A stretch of DNA of 64,000 nucleotides from a virus (IMGVR_UViG_3300037466_003648:64001-128000); one strand, 5' to 3'. Numbered from the stretch's first letter, positions 17,790 through 23,375 are shown. Made by a program: numbers and translations. Notes: generated by a model not told the origin, from the sequence alone.

Positions 17790-18538
17790 GCCGCCCGCTG
17801 TTCTCCACGACCGACCTGCACGGCTGCTACGACGAGACCCTGCGCGCCTTCAACCAGGCAGGGTTGGTGGTCGGTGATCGCTGGGTAGCACCTGATGTTG
17901 ACCTGGTACTGCTGGGCGACTACATCGACCGTGGCCCCAAGTCCGCGCAGCTCATCGACATGCTGATCCGCTGGGAGGCAGAGGCCCAAGCTCTGGGTTC
18001 CATCTTCACCAAGCTCATGGGCAATCATGAGATGATGATGCTGACGGCGCCGCGGCAGGTGGAGATGGCCCAGCTCTGGCTGCAGCCACATGTGGGCGGT
18101 GTCGACACCCTGGAGTCCTACGGTGTCAAGCTGAGCTACCACCTCCGACCGTTCTACGAGCCGCGCTACACCAAGGCGATCATGAAGCGGCACAAGGAGT
18201 TCTTCCTGAGCCTCAAGAGCTATCACGTCCAGAACGACATTCTGTTCGTGCACGCGGGGCTGCCACCGGGGACGACCCGCGCGCAGATGGACATCGGTGT
18301 AGGCCACCTGTGGGTTCCCCGCAACCAGTGGGTCCACAACATCGACTACACCCGGTTGATCCAGGACTTTGGGGCTCACCGCATCGCGTTTGGTCACAGC
18401 ATCCTGTTCGAGGGTCCCGTCGAGTTCTACGGTATCGCCTTGAGCACGGACACCGGTAGCTACGAGCCCGAGGGCTGCGTCACCGTCGTTCACTACCCTT
18501 CCTCCGGCGGCTTCGTCGTCGCCGGTACCTCTCGATAG
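17786..18538 (+). CDS. Ser/Thr protein phosphatase-like metallophosphoesterase
   Basis: DLHG, GDYIDRG, GNHE, FVHAG, FGHS. Confidence 0.88.
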   Translation: MSRPLFSTTDLHGCYDETLRAFNQAGLVVGDRWVAPDVDLVLLGDYIDRGPKSAQLIDMLIRWEAEAQALGSIFTKLMGNHEMMMLTAPRQVEMAQLWLQPHVGGVDTLESYGVKLSYHLRPFYEPRYTKAIMKRHKEFFLSLKSYHVQNDILFVHAGLPPGTTRAQMDIGVGHLWVPRNQWVHNIDYTRLIQDFGAHRIAFGHSILFEGPVEFYGIALSTDTGSYEPEGCVTVVHYPSSGGFVVAGTSR

Positions 18539-18546
18539 GAGACTTC

Positions 18547-19215
18547 ATGAACATCCAAGAGTACCAGCTTGCCGCCGAGAAGACCTCGCCCGCCTATGGG
18601 TTGGTGGCGACGCCCTTGTCGCGTGAAGTTGACGGTGTCATGGTCCTGCACTACGGCATCGTTCCTCGGGACCAGGGTGCGAGCCGCGCTGCCTGGCGTC
18701 TGGCGAACGGCATTGCCGGGCTGGGCTCCGAGTCCTGCGAGCTGGTTGCCTTGACCCTCGACTGGGACAACCAGTTCCCGGACCTGTCGACGATCACCGC
18801 GGCCGACGAGGAAGAGCTGGTCAACCTGGTCAAGAAGGAGTTGGGGGACATCGCCTGGTACATCGCGGAGTCCGCGAGCGCCATGGGCTTCAACCTCGGC
18901 GGCATCACGAACTGGTCGAACGTCCTCGTGGACCACTGTGACTGGGGTCTCAACGCCCTGCAGGTCGCCAAGTACGCGGGTGGGGCGGCCGACTACTTCA
19001 AGAAGCTGGCGTGGCACGACAAGACCATCGACTGGGCCACGGTCGAGAGCCACTTCGCCTGTGCGCTGGGGGCCATCGCCATCCTCGCGAAGACGCTGGG
19101 CTTCACGATCGAGGACGTCCTCGACGCCAACATCGCGAAGTTGTCCGTCCGCTACGAGAAGGGCTTCTCCGGCACCACTTCGGAAGCGCGAGTCGATCTC
19201 GCCGCGGGGGCTTGA
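18547..19215 (+). CDS. MazG-like NTP pyrophosphohydrolase
   Basis: GLGSESCE, KKELGDIAWY, LDANIAKLSVRY. Confidence 0.8.
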   Translation: MNIQEYQLAAEKTSPAYGLVATPLSREVDGVMVLHYGIVPRDQGASRAAWRLANGIAGLGSESCELVALTLDWDNQFPDLSTITAADEEELVNLVKKELGDIAWYIAESASAMGFNLGGITNWSNVLVDHCDWGLNALQVAKYAGGAADYFKKLAWHDKTIDWATVESHFACALGAIAILAKTLGFTIEDVLDANIAKLSVRYEKGFSGTTSEARVDLAAGA

Positions 19216-19241
19216 CAACCAAGGGCACTTCCGCTTAGGAT
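19212..19241 (+). promoter_or_regulatory. sigma70-like promoter P1 of the RNA island
   Basis: TTGACA 19212-19217, 18 nt, TAGGAT 19236-19241. Confidence 0.65.
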
Positions 19242-19247
19242 GGACTT

Positions 19248-19352
19248 GCCCGTGCCAACTGGCGTCTGTGAGGGGTGTTCCCTGTCCCCAACAGTCCACC
19301 CCGTACACAGACGAGAATCGAGCCCCCGATGTCGCGATCGGGGGCTCTTCTC
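19248..19352 (+). ncRNA. putative small RNA (hairpin plus terminator-like hairpin)
   Basis: CGTCTGTG/CACAGACG and GGGGTG/CACCCC stem; AGCCCCCGAT/ATCGGGGGCT hairpin at 19321-19346; no ORF. Confidence 0.45.
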
Positions 19353-19373
19353 ATGGTGATCGATCCTAACCTC

Positions 19374-19403
19374 TTGACGGACGAGCCGGGGTCATGTTAG
19401 GGT
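19374..19403 (+). promoter_or_regulatory. sigma70-like promoter P2
   Basis: TTGACG 19374-19379, 18 nt, TG-n-TAGGGT 19398-19403. Confidence 0.6.
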
Positions 19404-19686
19404 AGGATCATCTTGGCTCTGGTGGACTGTGGGGACAGGGAGACCAACCGAGATGAAGTCGAAGGGGCTTTATACGCCAGTTCTGCTTCCAGCGTAGGTA
19501 GCGCGTTACCTGCCGTGAACCTCCCCCTGCCTCACTCCGCTGTCGCCTCCGGGTCGATGGCTCTCCTGTGTTGTCTTAGTAAGACACCATTGGATCGGCA
19601 CGAGTGAACTAGGGGTAGGGGGACACGGTTGTTTTGGAAGTCTCAGCTAACATTACCGCCAGTTTGCGGGCGCGCGAAGAAAGTGC

Positions 19687-19716
19687 TTGACAGATCCGTT
19701 AGGGTCATGCTACTGT
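19687..19716 (+). promoter_or_regulatory. sigma70-like promoter upstream of the tRNA array
   Basis: TTGACA 19687-19692, 18 nt, TG-n-TACTGT 19711-19716. Confidence 0.65.
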
Positions 19717-19957
19717 CACTTTCACCGGCTGAAAGAGCCGATCGACCGAAGGAGTTTCCTGTGTTTACGATGGGCAACCAGATTGAAGGAGCCGCCAGCG
19801 GCTCGAATCAGGTCTCGATCGTGACGGTCGATCCGAGCAACGCCGGGCGCCACCCGAAGTGAGTGGCAAGTAGGTCCAAGCCTACAAGGTTCCCGCCCGG
19901 CACCCAGGTCCAAGTGACCAACGGATGCCGGGCTTCTTCTTGGGACAACAAGTTTGT

Positions 19958-20030
19958 GGCGGAGTGGGCCAGCGGCTACGCCGGGAGTCTCATAAGCTCC
20001 AGATCGAGGGTTCGAGTCCCTCCTCCGCCC
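19958..20030 (+). tRNA. tRNA-Met/Ile2 (CAT), elongator type
   Basis: GGCGGAG/CTCCGCC acceptor, GGAGT-ctCATaa-GCTCC, TTCGAGT loop. Confidence 0.9.
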
Positions 20031-20061
20031 CCTAATCGTACCTTGACAACCTAACACACTA

Positions 20062-20153
20062 GGGCAGATGGTCGAGAGGCCGATGGCACCTGTTTCGAAA
20101 ACAGGAGGCCGGTGTAACAAGCCGGTCCGGGGGTTCGAATCCCTCTCTGCCCG
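20062..20153 (+). tRNA. tRNA-Ser(CGA)
   Basis: cloverleaf with long variable arm, G73. Confidence 0.92.
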
Positions 20154-20161
20154 CTTAACTT

Positions 20162-20247
20162 GGGTGGTTGGCAGAGAGGCCGATCGCGCGACTTTGCTAA
20201 AGTCGTGACCTCTATGGGGTCCGTGGGTTCGACTCCCACACCACCCG
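20162..20247 (+). tRNA. tRNA-Ser(GCT)
   Basis: cloverleaf with long variable arm, G73. Confidence 0.92.
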
Positions 20248-20250
20248 CCT

Positions 20251-20326
20251 TGGTCTGTAGCTCAACTAGCAGAGTGCTGGATTCTGACTCCAGAGGTTGC
20301 GGGTGCGAGTCCCGTCAGACCTGCCA
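20251..20326 (+). tRNA. tRNA-Gln(CTG)
   Basis: cloverleaf, encoded CCA, T-loop TGCGAGT. Confidence 0.88.
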
Positions 20327-20331
20327 TCAAT

Positions 20332-20404
20332 GGTCCTATCGTTCAGAGGCCAAGGACGCCGCATTGTCAATGCGGTAACACGGGTTCGAATCCCGTTAGG
20401 ACCG
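20332..20404 (+). tRNA. tRNA-Asp(GTC)
   Basis: cloverleaf parsed by hand. Confidence 0.92.
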
Positions 20405-20408
20405 CCTC

Positions 20409-20467
20409 GGGCATCGCCTACCCAGACCGTGGTGACGCGGCGTAAGTAGGAGCAACGGTGTCCACCA
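20409..20467 (+). ncRNA. armless Ala-identity (G3:U70, A73, CCA) minihelix-like RNA
   Basis: GGGCATCG/CGGTGTCC stem followed by ACCA; inner CCTAC/GTAGG stem; no D, T or anticodon arm. Confidence 0.55.
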
Positions 20468-20471
20468 ATAT

Positions 20472-20544
20472 GCGCGTGGAGCTGGGTTGGTTCAGCGCCG
20501 CCTTGCCAAGGCGGAGTCCACGGGTTCGATCCCCGTTACGCGCT
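20472..20544 (+). tRNA. tRNA-Gly(GCC)
   Basis: cloverleaf, U73. Confidence 0.92.
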
Positions 20545-20549
20545 CTCAT

Positions 20550-20621
20550 TGCTACGTAGCACAGCGGTAGTGCGGCGCACTGTTAATGCGAAGGTCGCTG
20601 GTTCGATCCCAGCCGTAGCAG
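20550..20621 (+). tRNA. tRNA-Asn(GTT)
   Basis: cloverleaf, G73. Confidence 0.92.
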
Positions 20622-20626
20622 CCTAT

Positions 20627-20698
20627 GCCCCAGTAGCTCAATGGCAGAGCGTCTGCCTTTGGAGCAGATGGTTGTCCGTTCAAGTCGGACCTGGGGTT
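20627..20698 (+). tRNA. tRNA-Gln(TTG)
   Basis: cloverleaf parsed by hand. Confidence 0.88.
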
Positions 20699-20709
20699 CT
20701 CAAGTTCCT

Positions 20710-20782
20710 GGTGATGTAGCTCAACAGGTAGAGCAAGCTCTTGATAAGGGCTAGGTCGGAGGTTCGAGTCCTCCCGTCACCA
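20710..20782 (+). tRNA. tRNA-Ile(GAT)
   Basis: cloverleaf, A73. Confidence 0.92.
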
Positions 20783-20790
20783 CCTCAAGA

Positions 20791-20925
20791 CGGTCGCGGG
20801 TAGCCAAATGGGTTTAAAAGTACCCGGCGGACGAGCGGCTGGTGTTCCTACGGGACCCGGTCATCCGCCTCGACGGTCTGATCTAGCGGAAGGACGCTCC
20901 GCAAGTGGGTGAGAATCCCACACCC
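20791..20925 (+). ncRNA. structured RNA ending in D-arm/T-arm-like elements
   Basis: GGGTA/TACCC; GGCGGA/TCCGCC stem with cTACGg loop; GTGGG-TGAGAAT-CCCAC T-arm-like hairpin. Confidence 0.45.
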
Positions 20926-20928
20926 TTT

Positions 20929-20999
20929 GGGTCTATAGCTCAATGGCAGAGCTGCCGACTCTTAATCGGTAGATCAGAGTTCGACTCTCTGTGGACCCA
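20929..20999 (+). tRNA. tRNA-Lys(CTT)
   Basis: cloverleaf parsed by hand. Confidence 0.92.
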
Positions 21000-21003
21000 C
21001 TCC

Positions 21004-21075
21004 GCCGGTGTGGCTCAATGGTACAGCAGTTGATTTGTAATCAACCACCTCTCGGTTCAAGTCCGGGTACCGGCA
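21004..21075 (+). tRNA. tRNA-Thr(TGT)
   Basis: cloverleaf parsed by hand. Confidence 0.92.
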
Positions 21076-21088
21076 TCGCACAGTTCTC

Positions 21089-21161
21089 GCTGGTGTAGCT
21101 CAGTTGGTAGAGCGGCTGCTTCGTAAGCAGCGGGTCACGAGTTCGATTCTTGTCACCAGCA
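21089..21161 (+). tRNA. tRNA-Thr(CGT)
   Basis: cloverleaf parsed by hand. Confidence 0.93.
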
Positions 21162-21166
21162 CCTAC

Positions 21167-21238
21167 GGTCGTCTGGCGCAACGGTGGCGCGGCTCCTTTA
21201 CACGGAGAGGGTTCAGGGTTCGAGTCCCTGGATGACCA
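21167..21238 (+). tRNA. tRNA-Val(TAC)
   Basis: cloverleaf parsed by hand. Confidence 0.92.
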
Positions 21239-21242
21239 CTAA

Positions 21243-21314
21243 CGGAATGTACGCAAGGGGTATGCGGTCTGCTTTGGGAGCAGGAAGTCGGGGGTTCAAA
21301 TCCCTCCATTCCGA
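21243..21314 (+). tRNA. tRNA-Pro(TGG)
   Basis: cloverleaf, C1:G72, A73. Confidence 0.92.
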
Positions 21315-21319
21315 CCTTT

Positions 21320-21401
21320 GGGGGTATAAGGGCTGTCGATTCGGTGAAAGCCCCATGCGGGAACGCCGAAGACCTGGGTTCAATTCCCAGTACCTCCACC
21401 A
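21320..21401 (+). ncRNA. tmRNA-like RNA reduced to the tRNA-like domain (no tag reading frame)
   Basis: GGGGGTA/TACCTCC with G3:U70, stemless D-loop ending TCGA, helix TTCGGTG/CGCCGAA, GAC linker, CTGGG-TTCAATT-CCCAG, ACCA. Confidence 0.8.
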
Positions 21402-21404
21402 ACG

Positions 21405-21541
21405 ACAGGGGCAACAAGGTGACCTGACCTTCCCCTACGCACCGCTCAAGGCCGTGTGGTTACAGGTGACGCTCGGGAGAGGACACCCGCTGATGGCTTG
21501 CCTCGCGGACACCGGGTGACAGTCGGGAATAGACCGGCACC
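21405..21541 (+). ncRNA. unassigned structured spacer RNA
   Basis: nested AGGGG/CCCCT and AAGGT/ACCTT; 3' GTCGG-GAATAGA-CCGGC hairpin. Confidence 0.3.
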
Positions 21542-21547
21542 TTTCAC

Positions 21548-21619
21548 GCCCGTTCAGCTCGTCGGTCGAGCATCTCCTTGACATGGAGAAGGCGGCTGGT
21601 TCAACTCCAGCAACGGGCT
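21548..21619 (+). tRNA. tRNA-Val(GAC)
   Basis: cloverleaf; U73 is atypical. Confidence 0.88.
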
Positions 21620-21625
21620 CTACAC

Positions 21626-21701
21626 GCCGTGACAGTCTGACTGGACAGATCTCTGGCCTTCATCCAGAGGGAAGCGGGTTCGAGTCCCGCACGCGGCACC
21701 A
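21626..21701 (+). tRNA. tRNA-Glu(TTC), atypical (C33)
   Basis: TCTGG-ccTTCat-CCAGA, encoded CCA, one acceptor mismatch. Confidence 0.75.
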
Positions 21702-21713
21702 TCAACAAATCAT

Positions 21714-21788
21714 GCCCCGGCAGACTGCTCGGCAGGGTCGCCAGGTTCTCAACCTGGAGGTAGGTGGGTTCGAATCCCCCGCGGGGTG
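21714..21788 (+). tRNA. tRNA-Glu(CTC)
   Basis: CCAGG-ttCTCaa-CCTGG; mismatches in the acceptor and T stems. Confidence 0.78.
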
Positions 21789-21795
21789 CCTTAGT

Positions 21796-21922
21796 CCTAC
21801 GTTAGCTTCAAGCCGTATCGAGAGGTGCGGACACCGCCTGGGTGACCAGGATAGTCGGTGGGTTAGAGCGACCCAGGATTCTGTGCCTGGGGAGGTTGTC
21901 GGTTCGAGTCCGGGGCGTAGGA
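21796..21922 (+). ncRNA. tRNA-like RNA with a 57-nt D-loop and 8-nt anticodon loop
   Basis: CCTACGT/GCGTAGG acceptor, TA, D-stem GCTT/GAGC, CCCAGG/CCTGGG stem, TTCGAGT loop. Confidence 0.7.
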
Positions 21923-21929
21923 TACTAAC

Positions 21930-21996
21930 GGGAGATGGCAGATCCTTCCGATAGGCTGCAGGGCGGGCAACCGCCGTAAGTGCAAAACTGCCACCC
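21930..21996 (+). ncRNA. small structured spacer RNA
   Basis: TGGCAG/CTGCCA closing stem; GGCGG-GCAA-CCGCC GNRA hairpin. Confidence 0.3.
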
Positions 21997-22002
21997 TTCA
22001 AT

Positions 22003-22075
22003 GCGGTAGTAGCTCAGTTGGCAGAGCGCGTGCCTTCCAAGCATGATGTCGCAGGTTCGAAGCCTGTCTACCGCA
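22003..22075 (+). tRNA. tRNA-Gly(TCC)
   Basis: cloverleaf parsed by hand. Confidence 0.92.
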
Positions 22076-22104
22076 CCTGGTCGTAGCAAGAGAAGGAGAT
22101 CGCC

Positions 22105-22266
22105 ATGGCACATTACAAGCGGAAGAAGCAGAAGGAACGGGTTCGTCGGACCAGCGGCTACGACACGGAGAAGGTCCGAGCCTCTTACCACGGATGGCAC
22201 GCCTTGCTGCCTGCCATCCGTCTGCAGATGATCAAGGTCAAGGAAGAGCTGCGCGACGCAGCGTAA
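22105..22266 (+). CDS. small basic protein (53 aa) inside the tRNA array
   Basis: AAGGAG SD; MAHYKRKKQKERVRR... Confidence 0.6.
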   Translation: MAHYKRKKQKERVRRTSGYDTEKVRASYHGWHALLPAIRLQMIKVKEELRDAA

Positions 22267-22271
22267 GTTAT

Positions 22272-22411
22272 GGCCGGGTAGCTCAAGAGTAGAGCGCGAG
22301 CCTGATAAGCTCGTCTTCGTTGCGTAGTGGACACTGATCAACCACGGTAGCAACGAAGCGGTTGGAGGTCGCTCCTTCAACTGATGCCGGTGACGACTCC
22401 GGCCCTGGCCG
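22272..22411 (+). ncRNA. tRNA-like RNA (GAT anticodon) with a 72-nt two-hairpin variable region
   Basis: GGCCGGG/CCTGGCC acceptor, normal D arm, CGAGC-ctGATaa-GCTCG, GCCGG-TGACGACT-CCGGC, G73. Confidence 0.72.
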
Positions 22412-22426
22412 CCCTTCACAACATCT

Positions 22427-22499
22427 GGGCCTGTAGCTCCAATGGTAGAGCAGCTCCTTTGCAAGGAAAGGGTTGGCGGTTCGAGTCCGCCCAGGTCCA
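22427..22499 (+). tRNA. tRNA-Ala(TGC)
   Basis: G3:U70, A73; weak anticodon stem. Confidence 0.85.
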
Positions 22500-22501
22500 C
22501 T

Positions 22502-22610
22502 GGTTCTCACGACGTCCCGTGAACCTTGTTCGAACTGTTGCAACAGTTCGAACAAGGGTAGATGACAGGGATCAAAGCGCTGAAAGGTAAGCCGCGTCGT
22601 GAGAACCGCC
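22502..22610 (+). ncRNA. structured RNA with a 13-bp terminal stem and 34-bp perfect palindrome
   Basis: 22502-22514 pairs with 22595-22607; palindrome at 22524-22557. Confidence 0.5.
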
Positions 22611-22613
22611 CTT

Positions 22614-22686
22614 GGTCGGGTAGCTCCAACGGTAGAGCAGGCGCCTGAAAAGTGCCGTGTTGTCGGTTCGAGTCCGACCCCGACCA
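22614..22686 (+). tRNA. tRNA-Phe(GAA)
   Basis: cloverleaf parsed by hand. Confidence 0.92.
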
Positions 22687-22703
22687 CTCTTTTGATCCAG
22701 GGG

Positions 22704-22733
22704 TTGACAGATCCCATCTATGTGTGTTAGGGT
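22704..22733 (+). promoter_or_regulatory. internal promoter of the tRNA array
   Basis: TTGACA 22704-22709, 18 nt, TG-n-TAGGGT 22728-22733. Confidence 0.7.
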
Positions 22734-22867
22734 TGTCCAACTATGAACGCCGTGATCGCCAACTTGCTGTTGCTAGCCCTGCCGGTTGCAGGGTATCGAC
22801 GCTGGCGACATTCTTCTTGCGGCGGTCGACTTACCCTGCATCTGGCGTAACCTCTTCACTCCTTTCT

Positions 22868-22950
22868 CGGGACGTGGCGAAATGGCAGATGCGCCTGGCT
22901 CAGAACCAGGTGGGCGAAAGCCCGTGGGAGTTCGACTCTCCCCGTCCCGA
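22868..22950 (+). tRNA. tRNA-Leu(CAG)
   Basis: cloverleaf with variable arm, A73. Confidence 0.92.
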
Positions 22951-22954
22951 CTCT

Positions 22955-23037
22955 GCGGATGTGGCGTAATGGCAGATGCGCACGCCTGAGTAGCGTGTGA
23001 GCGTAAGCTCGTGTGAGTTCGAGTCTCACCGTCCGCA
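22955..23037 (+). tRNA. tRNA-Leu(GAG)
   Basis: cloverleaf with variable arm. Confidence 0.92.
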
Positions 23038-23043
23038 CTACAA

Positions 23044-23126
23044 GTCGGGATGATGAAATGGCAGCCTTGGTGGTCTCAAAAACCGCTGTCCGTAAGGACG
23101 TGGGGGTTCGACTCCCCCTCCCGGCA
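23044..23126 (+). tRNA. tRNA-Leu(CAA)
   Basis: cloverleaf with variable arm. Confidence 0.88.
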
Positions 23127-23149
23127 CTCTTCCAGTACCTTGACAATCT

Positions 23150-23224
23150 GTGCCCGCAGCTCGATGGACGAGCACTCCCCTCCGAAGGGAGCGGTTGCGC
23201 GTTCGAGTCGCGCCGGGCACGCCA
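23150..23224 (+). tRNA. tRNA-Arg(CCG)
   Basis: cloverleaf, encoded CCA. Confidence 0.92.
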
Positions 23225-23225
23225 T

Positions 23226-23298
23226 GTGCGTGTAGTTCAAACGGAAGAACGTCGGCCTCCTAAGCTGACGGTTGCTGGTTCGAGTCCAGCCGCGCACT
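23226..23298 (+). tRNA. tRNA-Arg(CCT)
   Basis: cloverleaf parsed by hand. Confidence 0.9.
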
Positions 23299-23302
23299 CT
23301 AA

Positions 23303-23375
23303 GCCCGCATAGCTCAATTGGACAGAGCACTGGTCTACGAAGCCGGGGACGTAGGTTCGACTCCTACTGTGGGTG
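23303..23375 (+). tRNA. tRNA-Arg(ACG)
   Basis: cloverleaf parsed by hand. Confidence 0.9.

Noticed and set aside
19410-19680. Cobalamin or TPP riboswitch (a B12-dependent RNR is present)
   Set aside because: No GCCACTG/B12-box or CTGAGA...ACCTG core in the right arrangement
19770-19940. RNase P RNA (CCGAGCAACGCC resembles part of the consensus)
   Set aside because: The P4 elements GAGGAAAGTCC and AGAACCCGGCTTA are absent and the region is too short
20791-20925. YrlA-type Y RNA
   Set aside because: As I recall, YrlA has a permuted T-acceptor-D order; here the D-like element precedes the T arm, and no Ro60 gene is in the window
21930-21996. SAM-I-like riboswitch (GCAACC...GTGC)
   Set aside because: The motif is tied up in a stronger GNRA hairpin; P1/P2 consensus and a downstream regulated gene are missing
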